The notes under the pieces: generated by a model | What the model saw: the letters and a program-made list of their open reading frames with translations, nothing else | The model's database searches: none | What the model was told of the DNA's origin: nothing | Position numbers and translations under genes: made by a program | NCBI RefSeq assembly: GCF_000091665.1 | Contig: NC_000909.1 | Location: 674,048-706,047 of the forward strand | Direction: 5' to 3' | From: Methanocaldococcus jannaschii DSM 2661 | Lineage (GTDB): Archaea; AGJL01; Methanococci; Methanococcales; Methanocaldococcaceae | DNA: 32,000 nucleotides | Shown here: positions 26,482 through 32,000 of the stretch, piece by piece | Numbering within the stretch: the first letter of the stretch is position 1 | Layout of the letters: each line of letters opens with the position of its first letter

Positions 26482-27489
26482 TTATTCTATTTTTAGTTTA
26501 ACAAAAATTCCAAATATTAGTGTTAATAATGGACCAATTTTCAACAGTAGTAGGTTGATAGTGCTCAGTATTCCTGAAAATCCTTGATTACCTATCATAG
26601 TTGATAGTATCATTCCAGTAAAAGGAAGTATCAATCCAACACCAAATGCTAAGTTTCCTAAGTTCTGTATCATAAATTTTGATGAATCTAATTTAACCAT
26701 AGACTCTCTAACTATGTCTTCATATAATTTTCCTAAAAGTAATGGTAGATTACCTTTGTTATAACCTACAATCATCTGGTCGTATAATTTTTTTAATATG
26801 GGAATTCTTGTTCTCATTTTAGCTCTTTCAAGAGCCTCTACTAAGTTGTAACCTCCTATATTGACATCCCTAATTATAGACTTTGCTTCAAATGCTACAA
26901 CTCCGTACTCTCTACTTTTTGAAATAGATTCTAAAACTTCTGGTAGAGACGCTCCTGCTCTAAGTATTGATATCATATATATTAATGTAAATAAGATTTG
27001 AAGCTTTATCTCTCCCTTAAATAATATTAATCTAATTTTTGGATAAAATAGCGATAGTACTAATATAATCCCAGCACCTATCAGTCCATTAACAAATCCT
27101 TGAAGTAGGTTATTGTCCAAAAGTCCCATAAAAAGTAATGCCAAAAAGGTTATAATCATATAGATTACTACCTTTTTAAAGTAGGCTACTTCATCCTTAA
27201 CTCCCATATATCTAAGTTCGTTTCTTGATGGAAATAAATTACCTTTAAATATTTTTGACAATGATTCTGCTGTTTTACCAACGATATCTCCTTCATATAG
27301 TATAAATTCATATTTTTCTATATCAACAAACTCTTCTGGTTCCATATAAACATCATAGAATTCAAGAACTTCTCTTTCTTTTCTTGATTCCTTCAACTCT
27401 TTTAAAGTTTCTATACTAAGTGGTCTTATACCCAACTTATATAATAGTATATCGATTCTTCTCTTTAGTTTTTCAAAAATTCCTTTCAT
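26482..27489 (-). CDS. TadB/GspF-like integral membrane protein
   Basis: ILFTLIYMISILRAGASLPEVLESISKSREYGVVAFEAKSIIRDVNIGGYNLVEALERAKMRTRIPILKKLYDQMIVGYNKG. Confidence 0.8.
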   Translation of the reverse strand: MKGIFEKLKRRIDILLYKLGIRPLSIETLKELKESRKEREVLEFYDVYMEPEEFVDIEKYEFILYEGDIVGKTAESLSKIFKGNLFPSRNELRYMGVKDEVAYFKKVVIYMIITFLALLFMGLLDNNLLQGFVNGLIGAGIILVLSLFYPKIRLILFKGEIKLQILFTLIYMISILRAGASLPEVLESISKSREYGVVAFEAKSIIRDVNIGGYNLVEALERAKMRTRIPILKKLYDQMIVGYNKGNLPLLLGKLYEDIVRESMVKLDSSKFMIQNLGNLAFGVGLILPFTGMILSTMIGNQGFSGILSTINLLLLKIGPLLTLIFGIFVKLKIE

Positions 27490-27511
27490 TTAATTCACCA
27501 AGTAGGTAATA

Positions 27512-29611
27512 TCATCTTATCGATCTCAGAAGTTTTTCTGGATCTACCTGGTACCTCATTATGTAATCAGAGACATTTTCAAGTTTTCTAATATTATTTT
27601 TGTACAAGTAACTTAAAACCTTTTTCCTATTTTCTCTGTCTCTTAATAATTCCTCTTTAGTAATCCCCGCTATTTCACAAACTTCTTCTTCCCACATACA
27701 AATTCCTCTTCTTTCTAAACTATCTTTTAAACCATTGTATTCGTAAAGGGTAGTTTTAGCAAATTCATGACCTTCACCACCACCTTTTACAATCTCTACA
27801 ATTCCAAGAATCCTCCTAATCGTTTTTCCAGCTCTTCTAATCCTTTGCTGATTTATAATAAAATTTAATGCTGTTAACATAATCTTTGGAACATTCATTG
27901 GTGGGCTTGTTAATCTTAAAATGGCTTCATCTGCACTATTAGCATGTAATGTTCCAGAACAGTTTGAGACAGCAAAACCTTCGTTTTTTCCAGCGATATA
28001 TGTGTGATTATCTTCAACTGTTAGGTCATATATGTGTCCATTATAATCAACGGTTTCTACTTTAATTACTTCATCTAAATTTATAGTGTTATTTTTTGGA
28101 ATGTAAATATAATCTCCGACCTTTACCATTTCAGCATTTATTTCAAGAACTTCTCCTGTCTTTGATATATAAACAGGATGGTCGTGGGTTAGTGTAATCT
28201 CTCTCCTGTTTTTGGTAGTTATTTTAATCAATTTTCCAGAATATTTTTTTCGCCAAACTCTCAATATTCTTTTATCCTCAATAATTAATGATAATTTATT
28301 GAAACTTTTGATATATATGTTTTCGTTTCCAATATCTATCCACCCAAATCCATTATCTTCTTTTTTTATACTGTTTTTGTATTTTTTAAAGAATTTATCC
28401 ACAAACTCTCCAATGTTTATTATATTCCCATCGGATAAATAAATAGGTTCATCATAAGCTAAAGCCCCATCGTGTCCAGTGTTCATAGCAACTAACAATG
28501 AATGAGCTTCTTTTCCTCTAACCTCTCCAACAAAAATCCTATCAGGTCTCATTCTTAGAGCGTTCTTAATTAAATCATCCATTGTAACTTCATATTCTGG
28601 CATTCCAGGTCTTGCAGGTCTTGTAACCATCTTTATAACATGCTTATGAGGAATCTGCAACTCTGGGGTGTCTTCAATAGTTATGATTCTTTCATTGTAC
28701 ATTGAGAATAGGGATAAGACATTCAATAAAGTTGTTTTTCCAGAACCAGTTCCCCCAGCTATTAAAGTGTTTGCAGGTTTTGCTCCAAAGTAACCCTCAA
28801 CAGCTTGCCATAAAAAAGCGGCAGTGTCGATATCCAAAGTTCCAAAGTTTATTAAATCGATGACAGTTAATGGATTTTTTGAGAATTTTCTTATTGTTAA
28901 TGTAGCTCCGTTCATAGTTATATCTGCTGTGGTAGCATTCACTCTACTTCCATCTGGTAGGAAAGCATCAAGCATTGGAACTCTTGAATCTATTGGTCTA
29001 TTAACTAAATTTGCAATACTTTCAATAATCCTATCAACTTCATTTCTATCTAACACGATATTTGTTTCACACATCTGATGTTTTCTATGAAATACAAAAA
29101 CTGGAACATTGTAACCATTAACCATAACCTCTTCTAATCTATCATCATTTAGTGGAACTTCTAATAAACCAAGCCTTCCAATTACTAAATAAAAGAATTT
29201 TGCTAATGAGTCGATATACGGAATAGCCAAATTATATCTCATGGAGAAATTTGTTAAATACTCTCTTATTTGGTCATATTCTATTAGACCCAAATCACTG
29301 ATTTGAGATTTTATATGATTTAAGTGGTCTTTTGTAAGTTTTGAGAGAGACATATTAATTTTGTCAATTTCAGGGACTAAATAATAAATATAACCCTCCT
29401 CTCTTTTAATTACTACTTCCATTTCTATTTCATCAATTTTTATACTGTAAGTATCTAATATGGTTTCATCATTTCCAACTGTTGCCTTTTTATTAATAGT
29501 TGGATGGGGCTCTATAGGTTTGAGTTTAGTATCACTTGGAATCACTGTTTCAGATTTTTTTTCTTTTTCAATTTTTTCAGATTTTTTCTGTATTTTGTCT
29601 AATATCCCCAT
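27512..29611 (-). CDS. klbA: KlbA/TadA-family secretion ATPase containing an intein
   Basis: LIAGGTGSGKTTLLNVLSLF, ITIEDTPELQI, MRPDRIFVGEVRGKEAHSLLVAMNTGHDG[intein]CSGTLHANSADEAILRL. ATG 29611 has GGTGG upstream. Confidence 0.95.
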   Translation of the reverse strand: MGILDKIQKKSEKIEKEKKSETVIPSDTKLKPIEPHPTINKKATVGNDETILDTYSIKIDEIEMEVVIKREEGYIYYLVPEIDKINMSLSKLTKDHLNHIKSQISDLGLIEYDQIREYLTNFSMRYNLAIPYIDSLAKFFYLVIGRLGLLEVPLNDDRLEEVMVNGYNVPVFVFHRKHQMCETNIVLDRNEVDRIIESIANLVNRPIDSRVPMLDAFLPDGSRVNATTADITMNGATLTIRKFSKNPLTVIDLINFGTLDIDTAAFLWQAVEGYFGAKPANTLIAGGTGSGKTTLLNVLSLFSMYNERIITIEDTPELQIPHKHVIKMVTRPARPGMPEYEVTMDDLIKNALRMRPDRIFVGEVRGKEAHSLLVAMNTGHDGALAYDEPIYLSDGNIINIGEFVDKFFKKYKNSIKKEDNGFGWIDIGNENIYIKSFNKLSLIIEDKRILRVWRKKYSGKLIKITTKNRREITLTHDHPVYISKTGEVLEINAEMVKVGDYIYIPKNNTINLDEVIKVETVDYNGHIYDLTVEDNHTYIAGKNEGFAVSNCSGTLHANSADEAILRLTSPPMNVPKIMLTALNFIINQQRIRRAGKTIRRILGIVEIVKGGGEGHEFAKTTLYEYNGLKDSLERRGICMWEEEVCEIAGITKEELLRDRENRKKVLSYLYKNNIRKLENVSDYIMRYQVDPEKLLRSIR
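27962..28465 (-). other. KlbA mini-intein, 168 aa, noncanonical Ala1
   Basis: Begins ALAYDEPIYLSDGN after GHDG, Hint block B-like ITLTHDHPVYI, C-terminus YIAGKNEGFAVSN followed by +1 Cys. No LAGLIDADG block. Confidence 0.95.
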
Positions 29612-29717
29612 TACAAACCACCAGATTATTAATATTACGTAAAAATTAACAAAAATTAACTGATTTTTAATTATCAAGGTTTAACTACACAAAAAGTTAG
29701 CTAACTATTTATAATAT

Positions 29718-31727
29718 CTACAGAGTTACATCAATATCCAAATGCTCGGTTAGTTCCTTGTATCTATTTCTTATTGTTACTTCTGTCACTCCAGCAACTT
29801 CAGCAACTTCCCTCTGAGTTCTTCTACAGCCAAGAAGAACGCTTGCTATATATATTGCTGCAGCAGCAACACCAGTAGGGCCTCTACCGCTTGTTAATCC
29901 TTTTTCAGCCGCTTGTTGCAATATCTGTATAGCTTTGGACTCAACTTCCCCAGGCAATCCAAGTTCAGATGCAAATCTTGGCACATAATCAATTGGATTT
30001 GTTGGGGTTAATTTTATATTTAATTCTCTCGCTAAAAATCTGTAAGTTCTTCCAATTTCTTTCCTATCCACCCTTGATGCTTCGGCAATTTCATCTAAAG
30101 TTCTTGGAACTCTACATCTTCTGCAAGCAGCGTATATAGCGGCTGCAACAACTCCTTCAATACTTCTTCCTCTTATTAATCCTTTCTCAACAGCCCCTCT
30201 ATAAATTATAGCGGCATTCTCTCTTACATGTCTTGGTAGTCCGAGCTTTGATGTAATTCTATCTAATTCTGACAGGGCAAATGCTAAGTTTCTCTCTGCA
30301 GCATCACTGACTCTAATTCTCCTCTGCCATTTTCTTAATCTGTAGAGTTGGGCTCTCTTATTTGCAGATAAATCCTTTCCATAACTATCTTTGTTTCTCC
30401 AATCAATAACTGTTGATAAACCTTTATCGTGGATGGTGTTGTGTAATACAAATCCTCCAAATCCAGCAACGAAGTTTTCTGCATTTGGAACAGTTAAATC
30501 ATAGGCATATCCACTGGTTGGCTCTACCTTATTAATCTCTTTAATTTTTAAGAATATGAAATCAGAGTTTATAAGTTTTTCGAGTTTTCTATTGGTATAT
30601 ATATTTGTTATTCTCCTTACCTCATAAACTTCAATATCATTTATACTCTTTTTATTAATGGTGGCGTTTTCTTTTATTTGTAAAAGTAAGAATATAACAT
30701 CTTCAGCCAACTCCTTTGAGACAAATACTTTTGCATCTTTACCATTAAATATCCCATCTATGAATGATTTTTTTATTTCATAAGGAGATTTAAAGATTAT
30801 AGAGGGAATTCTTTTATTCTTAACTCTCAATTTTTTTAGTAAATTGATAATTTTTTTATTCTTTACTTCAATTTGAATATTTAAATCTTTACTATAGATG
30901 GTTATATCCGAATTCAAAGATTTGAAATAATCAATTGTTTCATTTATAAACTCTTTTTCATTGTAATCATAAGATAATACAATTTTTTTGTCATCATAAT
31001 AACCTTCCGCAATTATGTAACCCAATATTTTACTAAATTTTTTATCTATTTCAATATCTTCTTCAATATTCGGCAATTCTTTTGCTAAAACTAATATATC
31101 TCCAACTTTTAGCTCATCAACTCTTATTGGAACTACCTCATTATCTCTTATGGTAAAGACACTATGGCTTCTGGTAACTCTAACCTTTTTATTCCCTTCA
31201 ACAACTATTTCAAACATCTCACTAACTGGATGCCTTGAAACCTCCGAAACAGGCATGAATTTAAATTTGTAATTGCTGTTAAAGGCAATAACTTCAATAC
31301 CTTTACATTTTGCTATCTCTAAGATGCCCTCTCTTCTAATATTCTCTGAGTTTTCAATAATTTTATCTATAAGTTCTCCAATTTTAACAACTTTTATTTC
31401 TCCATTCTCTTTAATGATTATTGGTTCGTTGTAATCAACACTATAAGTCATAGGAGCTCCAACTCTACATCTTTTAATCTTTTGCTCATGGTCAAATGCC
31501 CTCCATTCTGGTCCAATATCAAATAATTTTTCTTTGATAACACATCCACATTTAGCACAGACTATTTCAGCCCTTTCATAATCTTTAACAACTTCTTTAC
31601 TACCACAAATTGGACAAACAATCTCTTCCTCTCTAACATTTTCTTCTTTTTTTTCAGATTTTTCAACTTTTGTTGTGAGTTTTTTTTCTTTTGTTGTTTC
31701 ATTTTCTTTGGTTTTGAGAGCCTCCAT
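29718..31727 (-). CDS. tfb: Transcription initiation factor B (TFB) containing an intein
   Basis: Zn ribbon [51 protein letters not shown][intein][13 protein letters not shown]..., two cyclin-like repeats. ATG 31727 follows a GGTG ribosome binding site. Confidence 0.96.
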   Translation of the reverse strand: MEALKTKENETTKEKKLTTKVEKSEKKEENVREEEIVCPICGSKEVVKDYERAEIVCAKCGCVIKEKLFDIGPEWRAFDHEQKIKRCRVGAPMTYSVDYNEPIIIKENGEIKVVKIGELIDKIIENSENIRREGILEIAKCKGIEVIAFNSNYKFKFMPVSEVSRHPVSEMFEIVVEGNKKVRVTRSHSVFTIRDNEVVPIRVDELKVGDILVLAKELPNIEEDIEIDKKFSKILGYIIAEGYYDDKKIVLSYDYNEKEFINETIDYFKSLNSDITIYSKDLNIQIEVKNKKIINLLKKLRVKNKRIPSIIFKSPYEIKKSFIDGIFNGKDAKVFVSKELAEDVIFLLLQIKENATINKKSINDIEVYEVRRITNIYTNRKLEKLINSDFIFLKIKEINKVEPTSGYAYDLTVPNAENFVAGFGGFVLHNTIHDKGLSTVIDWRNKDSYGKDLSANKRAQLYRLRKWQRRIRVSDAAERNLAFALSELDRITSKLGLPRHVRENAAIIYRGAVEKGLIRGRSIEGVVAAAIYAACRRCRVPRTLDEIAEASRVDRKEIGRTYRFLARELNIKLTPTNPIDYVPRFASELGLPGEVESKAIQILQQAAEKGLTSGRGPTGVAAAAIYIASVLLGCRRTQREVAEVAGVTEVTIRNRYKELTEHLDIDVTL
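30438..31442 (-). other. TFB intein, 335 aa, LAGLIDADG-type (DOD) endonuclease remnant
   Basis: [25 protein letters not shown]..., [58 protein letters not shown] followed by Thr. Confidence 0.93.
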
Positions 31728-31745
31728 AAGCCACACCATTTAAAT

Positions 31746-31991
31746 TTAATTTTTCTTCTCAGTATTTTTATATTTAGATTTATCGTTTTTTATATATGCA
31801 GTTCCAGAAACTTCTATATCTTTGTTAATAGGGAGTATTTTTATATAGGGCTTAGCAACTGGGCCAAAAATATCAACTACCTTACCAATCTTTTTGTTCT
31901 TAAAAATAACTACTGAACCAATCTTTATCTCTCTCTTTCCTCTGGCTATTAAGAAACCCTTTGGCGTTTTGTGAAGTATCTCTACTTTCAA
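31746..31991 (-). CDS. gar1: H/ACA RNP component Gar1-like protein
   Basis: KTPKGFLIARGKREIKIGSVVIFKNKKIGKVVDIFGPVAKPYIKILPI, the Gar1 core; lies just upstream of tfb in its transcription direction. Confidence 0.88.
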   Translation of the reverse strand: MKVEILHKTPKGFLIARGKREIKIGSVVIFKNKKIGKVVDIFGPVAKPYIKILPINKDIEVSGTAYIKNDKSKYKNTEKKN

Positions 31992-32000
31992 ATTGCTCCC

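Noticed and set aside
28212-29642. Plus-strand ORFs 28212-28442, 28824-29078 and 29460-29642.
   Set aside because: Antisense shadows of klbA with no supported start context or homology signature.
27962-31442. Large insertions in the secretion ATPase and TFB that could be read as novel domains.
   Set aside because: Both have splice junctions, Hint blocks and C-terminal Asn followed by Cys or Thr, so they are inteins.
1-32000. CRISPR arrays.
   Set aside because: No regularly spaced direct repeats with unique spacers of 30-40 nt. The TTTGATTCA family has irregular spacing and is too short.

Overview
This AT-rich 32 kb window is from a hyperthermophilic methanogen chromosome. Gene content, two inteins and gene order match Methanocaldococcus, very likely M. 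jannaschii around MJ0748-MJ0782 (from memory, not searched). The left half is almost all minus-strand: a 5'-partial flavodiiron protein (fprA), two tandem NapH-like membrane ferredoxins, a frameshifted IS200/IS605-type TnpB with an omega-RNA-like 3' end, and a run of small exported or ferritin-like proteins. It continues with DUF166-like, TusA-DsrE, TatD, TDT transporter, cupin, hydroxylamine reductase (hcp), a frameshifted CGGC protein and a NikR-like regulator. The right half has cofE, an HTH plus tyrosine-recombinase pair, cbiL, an odd WH protein, a SWIM-like zinc protein, a divergent Orc1/Cdc6-like AAA+ protein, mptA, an ATP-grasp protein, tfe, an HD protein, a TadB/TadC/KlbA secretion cluster with a 168-aa Ala1 mini-intein in KlbA, tfb with a 335-aa intein, and gar1. 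The most interesting signal is a candidate replication origin around 19.4-21.18 kb. It has a 32-nt inverted repeat (31/32 identical) built on TTTTCGAATTTTCGA that flanks about 310 bp of very AT-rich DNA, extra copies of the same core nearby, and a second family of six same-orientation TTTGATTCA repeats directly upstream of the Orc1/Cdc6-like gene. All of it comes from reading by eye; no database search was run.
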